Assembly (NCBI GenBank): GCA_002372935.1
Contig: DFJF01000010.1
Span: 1 to 62,922, forward strand
Direction of reading: 5' to 3'
DNA length: 62,922 bases
DNA from: Clostridiales bacterium UBA3678
GTDB lineage: Bacteria; Bacillota; Clostridia; TANB77; CAG-508
Shown here: one piece after another, positions 21,456 through 32,300 of the stretch
Layout: every line of letters starts with the position of its first letter
How positions within the stretch are numbered: the first letter of the stretch is position 1
The notes under the pieces: generated by a model
What the model was told of the DNA's origin: nothing
What the model saw: only the letters and a program-made list of their open reading frames with translations
Database searches by the model: none
Position numbers and translations under genes: made by a program

Positions 21456-23355
21456 AGATGAAGGAAAGTTCCTTCAAAGAAAAACATTAAAAGAAATAAT
21501 CGCACCATCTGGTATAGATGCATCTAATATAGATCATTTGGAAATTATATCAAATGCAAAAAGATATGCAAGAAGTTTTTTTGTTTCAACACTTCCACGT
21601 ATGGCAACATTTCCAGAGATATTTAGAGACTTATATATGTTTGGTGATATAAATACATCTATATACATTAATCCGATTAAAGAAGATAGATCTCAAAATG
21701 AATTAAATAAAACAATAAATGTAATTGAAACAGAAAGAATTGTTGCTCAAGATAGAGGTAATATAAATAAAGAAAGTGATTTGACACAGAAAAGACTTGA
21801 AGCTGAAGAATTAAGAGATCAAATAGCTGCAGGATTTAATAAGTTATTTGAAGCATCTGTTATATCAACTTTATTTGCATATAATTTAGATGATTTAGAT
21901 AGATACACAAAAATGCTTTCATCAGATATGTCAAAAAGCTTAGTAGGAATAAAAAACGCGTGGGGAATGCAAGAAGATGCATTCAAAAGCAATTTACCAT
22001 TAATGGATAACAAAATTGGAAAAACACATACTTTTGATAGAAATTCGATGGGAACTGTTTTTCCATTTACTACATCTGAAGTTGGACATGATACAGGAGT
22101 ACCTTTAGGATTTAACAAACAAACAGGAACTCCAGTATTATTTGATAATTTTCATAGTTCTCTTACAAATTACAATATGGTTATATTTGCAAAATCTGGT
22201 GCAGGAAAATCTGTTACTATGAAAACTTTAATTTCTCGTTCCTCTGTTCTTATGGGGATAGAGAGTTTGGCACTTGATGCAGAAGGTGAGTATACAGTAG
22301 TTGCTGAAGCTCTTGGTGGAATTAATATAATAATTAGTCCTACATCAAATACCATAATAAATATTTTTGATCTAGAAACAGAAGTTGTAAAAGATGAAAT
22401 TACTGGAAAAGAAAAATCAATTGTAAATATAGAGAATAAGGTAGAAGATGTCACACAGGCTCTAGTTACAATGGCAAAAGGAAGTACAAAAAGTGAAGAA
22501 GTAAATGAGCTTACAAAACAAATAATTGCAGAAATTATTTATGAAGAATATGCTGCTTTGGGAATAAATAGTAATCCAAATAGTTTGTATGAGGAAGATG
22601 AAAGTAGCTACATTAGAGGATCAGTTGTAGCTAAGAAAAAGAAACCAATGCCAACAATAGGAAGTTGGTATAGAAGATTACAAAAGAAAGCAGAAGAAAA
22701 TAAAAACAGAAATTATGAATTTCACTATAGTTACCTATTAAAAGTTATGAAACAATATGTAAAAGAATATGATGGACAAATGGCATATTTTGATGGTCAA
22801 TCTACTTTTGAATTATTAGAAGGTGCACCATTCATAAATATTGATATTTCTCAACTTGAAGAAAGATTTGCAAGACCACTTGCGCAACAAATATTACTTT
22901 CATGGATTTGGGAGAAATATGTTAAGAAAAATAGTGAAGATAGAAAAAGAGCTCGTAAAAAGAGGGTTTTAGTAGATGAGGCATGGATGTTATTACCATA
23001 CCCAGAAGCTGTTGATTTCTTAAATAAAATGGCAAGACGTGCCAGAAAGAGAAATGTATCTTTAGCTATAATTTCACAGAGATTTCAAGATTTTTATGAA
23101 AAACCAGAAGCTCAAGCTGTTTTAACATCTTCAGATACAAAGTTATTTTTAGCACAAGATAAATCAGAAATACAGTATTTAAAAGAAGTATTTAAACTTT
23201 CAGAAGGTGAAGCAGGATTCTTGGTTACATGCCAAAGAGGAGAAGGTTTATTGAAAGTTGGGTCAGAGACTTGTATTTTGAAAATAATGCCAACGAAAAA
23301 AGAATTCGAGTTTGTTGAAACAAACTTAAATAAAATCGCAAAAGAACAAAGTTAG
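21406..23355 (+). CDS. virB4: VirB4-family secretion ATPase
   Basis: Walker A AKSGAGKS, LDAEGEY, Walker B VLVDEAW, ARKRN...ISQ, GEGLL. Confidence 0.88.
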   Translation: MSKRKLKEQEDLERQHEDEGKFLQRKTLKEIIAPSGIDASNIDHLEIISNAKRYARSFFVSTLPRMATFPEIFRDLYMFGDINTSIYINPIKEDRSQNELNKTINVIETERIVAQDRGNINKESDLTQKRLEAEELRDQIAAGFNKLFEASVISTLFAYNLDDLDRYTKMLSSDMSKSLVGIKNAWGMQEDAFKSNLPLMDNKIGKTHTFDRNSMGTVFPFTTSEVGHDTGVPLGFNKQTGTPVLFDNFHSSLTNYNMVIFAKSGAGKSVTMKTLISRSSVLMGIESLALDAEGEYTVVAEALGGINIIISPTSNTIINIFDLETEVVKDEITGKEKSIVNIENKVEDVTQALVTMAKGSTKSEEVNELTKQIIAEIIYEEYAALGINSNPNSLYEEDESSYIRGSVVAKKKKPMPTIGSWYRRLQKKAEENKNRNYEFHYSYLLKVMKQYVKEYDGQMAYFDGQSTFELLEGAPFINIDISQLEERFARPLAQQILLSWIWEKYVKKNSEDRKRARKKRVLVDEAWMLLPYPEAVDFLNKMARRARKRNVSLAIISQRFQDFYEKPEAQAVLTSSDTKLFLAQDKSEIQYLKEVFKLSEGEAGFLVTCQRGEGLLKVGSETCILKIMPTKKEFEFVETNLNKIAKEQS

Positions 23356-23371
23356 TTTAGGAGGATTTGAA

Positions 23372-26041
23372 ATGAGAATTTTTGCGAATAATAAAATTTG
23401 GAAAAAAATTGTAATAATAATTGGAATACTATTGTCGTTTTCAATCGTTGTGCCAGAACCAGTTGAAGCAGATTTAGGCGGTAAGCTTATGCAACCCATA
23501 ATGTCATTATTTATTGGAATAGGTGATGGTGTAAATACTGTAATACAAAAAATGTTTTTAAATCGTGAACCAGCTGTATTAATTATATCTAGTGGTTTTA
23601 ATTGGTGGAAGGTGGCACTGGGAGTTGCGATTGGAATTGGACTTATTGCGGTTGGTATCGTAACAGGAGGTGTAGGAGCAATTATAATTGGTAGCGCTTT
23701 AACTATAGCTGTAGTTGCGACAGCAGCAACAGGTGGTAATTCATCAAGCGACAATATAGCATTTCAGGTGGTAACAAGTTTTACAGCTAGTATGTTATCT
23801 GATAAAAATGAACTTGCTCTTCCTATGATGTCTTTAACTCCATATGAAATATTTGCTAACAAGCAAAATTTATTTAGTGTAAATTTCTTTAAAAATTTAT
23901 CCGACGATGAAAAATATATAAAGGGATCCGACGATGAAGAAAATAAAGAGGGAAAAAAAGAAAAAAGTAAAACATTGATGTATTCATTACAAGATATTAT
24001 TGCAAGTTGGTATAAAACATTTAGATTAATTGCGATAGTTGGAATGCTTCCGGTGTTGGTATATATAGGAATTAGAATACTTGTATCTGCACCAAGTGAT
24101 AAAGCAAAATATAAAGAAAATCTAATGGACTGGGGAGTTGCTTTTCTTCTAATTTTTGCAATGCATTATATTATGTCTTCTTCAAATTTATTTATTGACC
24201 AAGTAACAGATATGATTGACTCAGTTAAAATAAGTACAAAAATGGGAGGAGAAAAAGAAGTAGAATTTAAGAACCAATCTGTAGAAGGTTTTTTAATAGG
24301 AGTAAAAGGAGAGGGTGAAGATGCAGAAATTGATGATGATACAACAGAGTTGGTAAGAACAGCACATGAAAAGATGATTACTGGAGAATCAGCAACAGAA
24401 ACTACAAAAAAATATGCCTGGTGTTTTTGGACAGACTTAAGTGGAACACAAGCAAACATAAAGGGGGAAGAAAATGCAAAAGTTTTATTTTGGCCATGTG
24501 ATAATTTTGTAGCTCAATCAAGAATGTATGCTCAAAGAGCAAAAGGAGATTTTGCATATATTGGATATGGTCTAATTTATGTTATTTTAACAATATATAC
24601 TTGCATGTTTATTTTTGTTTATTTACGTAGGTTCATGTATATGGCTTTTTTGACACTTATTGCACCATTAGTTGCTTTGACATATCCAATTGATAAAATA
24701 AGAGATGGAAAAGCTCAAGCTTTTGAATTTTGGTTTAAAGAATACTTTTATAATTTATTATTACAGCCATTACATTTGTTGCTATATTTGATTTTGGTTG
24801 GCTCTGCACTAAGTTTTGCAGCAAAAAACCCTATATATGTATGTGTTATTCTAGGATTTATGACACCTTTTGAGAAGTTATTAAAGCAAATGTTTGGATT
24901 TAGAGGAGAAACACCTGGTTCACTACCAGGAATGGCAGCAGGAGCACTAATGATGGGAGCATCACAAAGGATATTTGGAAGACATCCAAAAGGTTTAGGT
25001 GGTGAAAATGGATCAAATAATTCTAGAAATAATGGAGAGAATGATGATGGAAAACCAATTAAAATGAAAGATGTTGATACTTCAGGAGGTAATTTAATTG
25101 GTAGTGGAAGTGGAGCACCAAATCCAGGTAGTGGAAGAGGAGCACCAAATCCAGGTGGTGGAAGAGGAGCACCAAATCCAGGCGGTGGAAGAGGAACGCC
25201 AAATCCAGGTGGTGGAAGAGGAGCGCCAAATCCAGGCGGTGGAAGAGGAGCGCCAAATCCAGGCGGAAGAAGAAACGGAGTCTTATCTGCTAATTCTAAA
25301 AGAAGATTAAGAAAAATTTCTGCACCTTTAAGATATACAGGAAGGGCATTCGGTAAATACTTTAAAAATAATGGAAAAAAACTTGCTAAATCAGCAGGAA
25401 AATCTGCTATAAGATTTGCAGGAGGTGCTGCTAGTGCTGCTGTTGGTGCTACAGGAGGAATGATAGCAGGTGTAGTTTCTGGAGATCCATCAAAGGCTGC
25501 ATCATATATTGCAGCAGGTGGGGTAGCAGCATATAGTTTGGGTTCAAGAGCAGCTGAGAATATACCGGATATTGTAAGTTCTCAAGCTAATGCAATTAAA
25601 GATGAATATTATTTAGATAATCCAGAGAAATATGAAGAAATTCAAAGAAATAAGCAAAGAAAAGAATGGTTAAAAAATGAAAAAAATATTAATACTTTGA
25701 AATTGAATGGAATAAACTATAAAGATTTAAACAAAAATGGAGACTTGGATGATTATATTGATCATGGATTTAATGCTAAACAAATAGTGGCAGCTCAACA
25801 AATGAGAAATGAAGGATTTGACCATAAACAAGTTATGACAATTGCTGCAATGGCTGACAAATATTATGAGGGAGCTACTGGAGTAGATAGTGGAAAATAT
25901 AAAACTAAAATGAAAGAGAATTTAAAGTCGTCAACAGAAGGAGCAAATTTATCAGATCAACAGTTAAATGATGCAGTTGATAGGTCAATTGGATATATGA
26001 AAAATTATCACAAACATCTTGATAAAGTCAAAACTTTATAA
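23372..26041 (+). CDS. VirB6/TrbL-like polytopic membrane protein with long Gly-rich cytoplasmic tail
   Basis: YLRRFMYMAFLTLIAPLVALTYP..AFEFWFKEYFYNLLLQPLH multi-TM core; directly follows VirB4. Confidence 0.7.
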   Translation: MRIFANNKIWKKIVIIIGILLSFSIVVPEPVEADLGGKLMQPIMSLFIGIGDGVNTVIQKMFLNREPAVLIISSGFNWWKVALGVAIGIGLIAVGIVTGGVGAIIIGSALTIAVVATAATGGNSSSDNIAFQVVTSFTASMLSDKNELALPMMSLTPYEIFANKQNLFSVNFFKNLSDDEKYIKGSDDEENKEGKKEKSKTLMYSLQDIIASWYKTFRLIAIVGMLPVLVYIGIRILVSAPSDKAKYKENLMDWGVAFLLIFAMHYIMSSSNLFIDQVTDMIDSVKISTKMGGEKEVEFKNQSVEGFLIGVKGEGEDAEIDDDTTELVRTAHEKMITGESATETTKKYAWCFWTDLSGTQANIKGEENAKVLFWPCDNFVAQSRMYAQRAKGDFAYIGYGLIYVILTIYTCMFIFVYLRRFMYMAFLTLIAPLVALTYPIDKIRDGKAQAFEFWFKEYFYNLLLQPLHLLLYLILVGSALSFAAKNPIYVCVILGFMTPFEKLLKQMFGFRGETPGSLPGMAAGALMMGASQRIFGRHPKGLGGENGSNNSRNNGENDDGKPIKMKDVDTSGGNLIGSGSGAPNPGSGRGAPNPGGGRGAPNPGGGRGTPNPGGGRGAPNPGGGRGAPNPGGRRNGVLSANSKRRLRKISAPLRYTGRAFGKYFKNNGKKLAKSAGKSAIRFAGGAASAAVGATGGMIAGVVSGDPSKAASYIAAGGVAAYSLGSRAAENIPDIVSSQANAIKDEYYLDNPEKYEEIQRNKQRKEWLKNEKNINTLKLNGINYKDLNKNGDLDDYIDHGFNAKQIVAAQQMRNEGFDHKQVMTIAAMADKYYEGATGVDSGKYKTKMKENLKSSTEGANLSDQQLNDAVDRSIGYMKNYHKHLDKVKTL
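25100..25261 (+). repeat. 27-bp tandem repeat x6 encoding G(G/S)G(R/S)G(A/T)PNP
   Basis: Units such as GGTGGTGGAAGAGGAGCACCAAATCCA. Confidence 0.92.
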
Positions 26042-26142
26042 TAAGAATTTATATTGAACCTTCTTTATTAAATAAACTTATTTAATATTTAATAAAGAGG
26101 GTTCAATTTATAATATCCCAACAAGGAGGAATAAATTTAAAA

Positions 26143-26859
26143 ATGATAGAAATAAAACATGTTTCAAAATCATATAAAAAAGGTGAAAAAGTAGTAGATA
26201 ACATTAACCTAGAAATAAATGATGGAGAAATTTTCGGATTTATAGGGTTAAATGGAGCAGGGAAAACAACGACAATAAAAATGATTACGGGAATTCTTGA
26301 AATAGATGAAGGAAATATATTCATAGATGGAAAAAGCATAATTACAAGCCCAATTGAGGCTAAAAAACAAATGGGACTAGTTCCAGATAGTCCAGATATG
26401 TTCTTAAAATTAAAAGGAATAGAATATTTAAATTTTATAGCAGATTGCTATAATGTAAGTAAGGAAGAAAGAATAGAAAGAATAGAAAAATTTGCAAAAG
26501 AATTTGAAATATATGAAGACCTAGAAGATAAAATAGAGAGTTATTCACATGGGATGAGGCAAAAAATTGTAATAATAGGAGTATTATTACATACTCCGCA
26601 AAATTGGATTTTAGATGAACCAATAACAGGTCTTGATCCAAAAAGTGCTTATGATTTAAAAAAGACAATGAGAGAATATGCAAATAGTGGAAAAACAGTA
26701 TTTTTCTCTACACATATTTTGGAAATAGCTGATGAACTATGTGATAGAATTGGAATAATAAATAAAGGAAAGATTATTTTTGTAGGTACTCTCAAAGAAT
26801 TAAAAGAAAAATTTGGAGATAAAAAAACATTAGAAGAGATTTTTTTGGATATTATTTAA
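26143..26859 (+). CDS. ABC transporter ATP-binding protein
   Basis: GLNGAGKTT, YSHGMRQK, ILDEP. Confidence 0.93.
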   Translation: MIEIKHVSKSYKKGEKVVDNINLEINDGEIFGFIGLNGAGKTTTIKMITGILEIDEGNIFIDGKSIITSPIEAKKQMGLVPDSPDMFLKLKGIEYLNFIADCYNVSKEERIERIEKFAKEFEIYEDLEDKIESYSHGMRQKIVIIGVLLHTPQNWILDEPITGLDPKSAYDLKKTMREYANSGKTVFFSTHILEIADELCDRIGIINKGKIIFVGTLKELKEKFGDKKTLEEIFLDII

Positions 26860-26871
26860 TGGGAGAATTAG

Positions 26872-28554
26872 ATGAAAGAAAAGATTAAAAATATAATAAA
26901 TTTAACTATGGTTTATATAAAAGAAAATAATGAAAGTTTAAAAATTATTAATTTTAAAACCCGACAAATAAATAAAAGAAATATAATTTTTTGGACTTAT
27001 GTAATTTTATTATTTGCAATAACATATGTAAGTTATCAAGCAGTAGAATACTTAAAGAAAATAGGAAAACCAGAAATATTTTTAAATGGATATTTTTTAT
27101 TTTTAGAAATATTAATTATTCTTAAAACAATAATACTTAGTATTAATATATTTTATTTTTCAAAAGATATAGAAAATATACTGTATTTACCATTAAAACC
27201 GGTTGAAATTCTATTATCAAAGTTTAATACACTACTTTATATGAATTATGAGATGGAATTGATTTTTGGATTATTACCATTTATAATATATGGAATATAT
27301 AATTCATTATCACTAATGTATTATATCAATTTGATTTTAGTATTAATTATATTTCCAATATTTGCAACTTTAATTGTAAGTATTATAATGATTTTTTTAA
27401 TGAAAACAATTAAATTATTTAAAAATAAGGATTTAATGCAAATTATAATAACATTTATTTTAATAGCAATTTTAATGGTATTTTTAAATGAAACAATGCA
27501 ATATATATTTAATAATATGAGTAATATTCAAAATAATCAGCAGGGAACATTAGACTTAGTTAATGATAAAATAATAGAAACAAATAAATATTTTTTAAGT
27601 ATATATCCTGCAACAAAAATATTAGAAGAAAATAATTTTAAAGTAATAGTTTATTATTTTGAATTAATTGTTATTAATTTACTTGGGTTTGCTTTATTTT
27701 ATTTTTTCGGCAACAAATTTTATTTAGAACAATTATTAAAAGCAAATTTTTATTTTAAACCTAAAAAAAACAAAAAAATAAAATTAAATAAAAAAGTAAA
27801 AAAATATCAAATTGGAAAGTCATATTTAAAAAAAGAAATAAAATTATTAACTAGGAATCCAATGTTTTTTATGCAAAGTATTTATAATGTAATTTTGATT
27901 ACAGTTGTGATATCAATATTAATAATTGCATTAGTTCCACAATTTAGACAAGTGATGCAAATTGAAGAATATAAAGAACAATTTAAGGATTTAAAATTTG
28001 ATATTGAAGCTGTCTGTATAATAATCGGATTAATACAAATTACCACATTATTTAATTATTGCTCAATTACTGCATATTCAAGGGAAGGAAAATATGCATA
28101 TTATTTAAAAACATTGCCAGTAAGTTTGCACAAGCAATTTATATATAAAAATATTTCACAAATATTTTTAAATACAATATGTGCTATAATTATTTTAATA
28201 ATGATTAATTTAGAAATTCCAGAAATATCTGGTGAATACTTTTATACAATGTTTATAATTTCATTTTTGATGATAATAATTAATAGTTTTATTTTAACAT
28301 TAATAGATTTATTAATGCCAAAATTGGAGTGGGATTCAGAATATGAAATTTTAAAAAATAGTAAAAATAAATTATTACAATATGTCTTAATAGTTTTTAA
28401 TGTTTTATTTTTGAATTATATAGAAAAAATATTTGAAAAATATAATTTAGATAAATCATTATATGCTTTTATAGGAATACTAATTTGCATTTTAATTATT
28501 TTTAATATTTTATTTAATAAATTTAAAAATAAATTATATAAAAATATTAATTAA
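26872..28554 (+). CDS. ABC-2-type permease (multi-TM)
   Basis: Many TM helices, YFSKDIE..LP and SREG..LKTLP motifs; follows the ATPase. Confidence 0.8.
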   Translation: MKEKIKNIINLTMVYIKENNESLKIINFKTRQINKRNIIFWTYVILLFAITYVSYQAVEYLKKIGKPEIFLNGYFLFLEILIILKTIILSINIFYFSKDIENILYLPLKPVEILLSKFNTLLYMNYEMELIFGLLPFIIYGIYNSLSLMYYINLILVLIIFPIFATLIVSIIMIFLMKTIKLFKNKDLMQIIITFILIAILMVFLNETMQYIFNNMSNIQNNQQGTLDLVNDKIIETNKYFLSIYPATKILEENNFKVIVYYFELIVINLLGFALFYFFGNKFYLEQLLKANFYFKPKKNKKIKLNKKVKKYQIGKSYLKKEIKLLTRNPMFFMQSIYNVILITVVISILIIALVPQFRQVMQIEEYKEQFKDLKFDIEAVCIIIGLIQITTLFNYCSITAYSREGKYAYYLKTLPVSLHKQFIYKNISQIFLNTICAIIILIMINLEIPEISGEYFYTMFIISFLMIIINSFILTLIDLLMPKLEWDSEYEILKNSKNKLLQYVLIVFNVLFLNYIEKIFEKYNLDKSLYAFIGILICILIIFNILFNKFKNKLYKNIN

Positions 28555-28608
28555 AAAATTACAATTTACAGCTTATTATTAAAATTTTTAAGCTGTAAAT
28601 TGTAATTT
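28554..28608. terminator. Bidirectional terminator
   Basis: AAAATTACAATTTACAGCTTA/TAAGCTGTAAATTGTAATTTT between convergent genes. Confidence 0.8.
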
Positions 28609-29255
28609 TATTTATTTTGAAAAAAATAGAAGTATCCAATTATAACTGAAATAAGTATAAAAAGTGTACTAGGAGAAAATAGACTAAAAACAAATTCACT
28701 AATAAATGGTATTTTTAAAATAATAAATATTAGCAAAAATGTTAATAATATAGCGAAAAGATTTTTTAAACCTTTATTTAATGAAGATTTTAATTTTGAA
28801 TAATAATAATTATTATTATTTGAATTTTCTACATTATTAGAATCATTTTGATTTGCATAGCTATTAGTGTAATTTTGATTTGCTCTTGTAGTTTTATATG
28901 TATAGTTTTTATTTATTCTCTCTGCATTATTAATATTATAAAAATTATTAAAATTATCTTTATAATAATTTAATTCATTTTTTAATTTATTATTTTCTTT
29001 TAAAATAGAATTATATTCCTCAATTGAAATATTTACTTTATCAGATAAAGATTGATCATATTCTAATTTTGAAGTAGGGTTTGATAGAATATCATAAGCA
29101 GAATTTATTTCTTTTATCTTTTGTTCTGCAATTACTTTTTCTTGGCCAGTTTTTAAATCAGGATGATATTTTTTCACCAGTGCTTTATATGCATTTTTTA
29201 TAACCTCATCTGATGCATTTTTATCTATTTCTAAAATTTCGTAATATGTTTTCAT
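28608..29255 (-). CDS. J-domain (DnaJ-like) protein with C-terminal membrane anchor
   Basis: [28 protein letters not shown]; two C-terminal TMs. Confidence 0.85.
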   Translation of the reverse strand: MKTYYEILEIDKNASDEVIKNAYKALVKKYHPDLKTGQEKVIAEQKIKEINSAYDILSNPTSKLEYDQSLSDKVNISIEEYNSILKENNKLKNELNYYKDNFNNFYNINNAERINKNYTYKTTRANQNYTNSYANQNDSNNVENSNNNNYYYSKLKSSLNKGLKNLFAILLTFLLIFIILKIPFISEFVFSLFSPSTLFILISVIIGYFYFFQNK

Positions 29256-29362
29256 TTTTATCTCCCATAATCTATTATTGATATTATACAATATTTTTTA
29301 AAATTTGAAAAGAGTAAAATAAAAAAATTCAAATATTAACTAAAATATTTGAATTTTTTATT

Positions 29363-32300
29363 TTATTTTTTTAAATTATCTTTAGCTACAGTCATAAGTA
29401 ATTTAATGCGATTAGTTTGGTTTGTTTGACTAGCACCTGGGTCATAATCAACAGGAGTAATGTTTGCTTCAGGGTATAAGCTTCTAATTGTTTTTATTAC
29501 ACCTTTTCCAACAACATGATTAGGAAGACAGGCAAATGGTTGTACACAAATAATATTTGGTATGTCATTTTCTATATATTCCATCATTTCTGCTGTTAGA
29601 AACCAACCTTCACCAGTTTGATTACCAATAGATAGAACTTCTTTAACTTTATCTTCTAAATGCCAAATATCACATGGCATTAAATAATTTTTCTTTGAAG
29701 AAGCTAAAGCTTTTTTCATATCTTTTTCTAAAATATCAATAACATTTATTGCTAATTTACTTATTTTAGAAGAAGTCTTATTTGTATTTAATAATTGATT
29801 AAATGTAATTTTATGTGTTGCCATAAATTTTACAAATCCCATAAAATCTGGAACAATTACTTCTGCACCTTCACTTTCTAGCATTTCTGCAACATGATTA
29901 TTTCCATAAGGATGATATTTTATTAAAACTTCTCCTACAATGCCAACTTTAGGTTTTTTAATAGTTGTGTCAAATTCAATTTTTTCAAAATCTGAAACAA
30001 TATCATATATTGCTTTTTTATAATCAGCATTTGTACCATTTGCAACAATATCTCTACATTTATTTACCCAATAATTATATAATTTATCAGATTCACCTTT
30101 ATGTATTTCATAGGCTCTATTTTTGTGAAGGACTTTTTGTAATAAATCTCCTAACATGACTGCTTTAAATAATTTATCTAATAATTTTGGAGTTAATTTA
30201 AATCCAGGATTTTTTTCCATTCCTACAACATTAAATGAAATTACTGGAACTTGCGAAAATCCAGCATCTTTTAAGGCTTTCCTAATAAATCCAATATAAT
30301 TTGTTGCTCTACAGCCTCCACCTGTTTGAGACATTATTATAGCAGTTTTATTTACATCATATTTTCCTGATTGTAAAGCTTCTATAAATTGTCCTGTAGT
30401 TAATATTGATGGATAACAAGCATCATTATTAACATATTTTAGGCCAGTTTCTACAGTATGTTCTGTGCATTCACGAAGTAATACTGCATTATATCCACAA
30501 GCATTTACGGCAGCTTCTATAAATTCGAAATGTACAGGAATCATTAGTGGAAGCAAAATGGTATAATCTTTTTTCATTTCTTTTGTAAAGATTACTTTAT
30601 GTGTTTCATAATCACCTTTTGAAAGTGATTTGTCTTTTAAACGCTTATTCATACTTGCAATAAGTGAACGAATACGAATTTTTACTGCTCCTAAATTATT
30701 TACTTCATCTATTTTTATCAAAGTATACATTTTATTGTAACTTTGTAAGATTTCTTCTACCTGGTCTGTTGTAACAGCATCTACACCACACCCAAATGAA
30801 TTTAATTGGACAAGCTCTAGATTATCATGTTTACCAACAAAGTCTGCTGCTGCATAAAGTCTTGCATGAAATACCCACTGATTTACTACTCTTAAAGGAG
30901 CTTTTGGTTCAACTTTATCAGATACAGAATCTTCTGTTAAGACACATAAGCCTAAAGAAGTGATTAAAGTATCTATTCCATGATTAATTTCTGGATCTAT
31001 ATGATATGGACGACCAGCAAGCACTATGCCTTTTAGATTATTTTTTTCAATATATTCTACAGTTTCTTTACCTTTTTGTCTAATATCATTTTTGAAATTC
31101 TGATATTCTTGTTCTGCTTTTTCTGCAGCTTCTTCAAGTTCTTTTTTATTAAAATTATATTCTTTAAATTCATCTAATTTTAATATTTCTTTTACTAAAT
31201 TACTTTTTTCAAAAGGTAAAAAAGAATTCATAAATTTTATATCAGGTCTTTTTAAGTTTTCAACATTATTTTTTAAAACTTCAGAGTATGAAATTACAAT
31301 TGGGCAATTATAATGGTTATCTGCTTTTTTATACTCTTTTCTTGAATATGGTATACAAGGATAAAATATTGTTTTTATTCCTTTTTCTATAAGGTTTTCT
31401 ATATGACCATGAGAAAGTTTTGCAGGATAACAAACAGATTCTGATGGCATTGATTCCATACCTTTTTCATAGGTTTTACGAGTACTTTTATCAGATATAA
31501 TAACTCTAAATCCTAGACTAGTGAAAAATGTAAACCAAAAAGGATAATCTTCATACATATTTAATACTCTAGGAATTCCAATTGTTCCACGAGGAGCTTT
31601 ATCCTCAGTTAGTGGTTTATATTTAAATAATCTTTCATTTTTATATTTAACAAGATTTGGTAAATCAGCATGTTTACTAACAATACCAGCACCTTTTTCA
31701 CATCTATTACCAGATATATATTTTTTTCCATTTCCAAACATGTTTATAGTAAGTTTACAATGATTTTCACAACGATTACAACGAGTATGTGTAATTTTTA
31801 TATCTAATTTATCTAAATCTTCTTTTTTACAAATAGTAGAATGATATTCCATATCAAAATTTGCTTCATATTGTTGTTTAGAAATAAGAGCCATACCATA
31901 AGCCCCCATAAGACCTGCAATATCTGGCCTTATTACATCTTTACCAACAATTTTTTCAAAAGCTCTTAATACAGCATCATTGTAAAAAGTACCACCTTGT
32001 ACAACTATATGATCACCAAGAGTAGAGACATCTCTTACTTTCATAACTTTTTGAATTGCATTTTTTATAACAGAATAAGAAAGCCCACTAGATATATCTC
32101 CAACAGAATATCCTTCTTTTTGAGCTTGTTTTATTTTAGAATTCATAAATACTGTACAACGAGATCCTAAATCAACAGGTTTTTGTGATTTTAGAGCTTC
32201 TTGCACAAAATCTTTTATTGGTAGCCCCAGACTTTTTGCAAATGTTTCAATAAATGAGCCACATCCTGAAGAACAAGCTTCATTTAGCATGATGCTATCT

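Noticed and set aside
25100-25261. CRISPR array
   Set aside because: Contiguous in-frame coding repeats with no unique spacers; no cas genes in the window.
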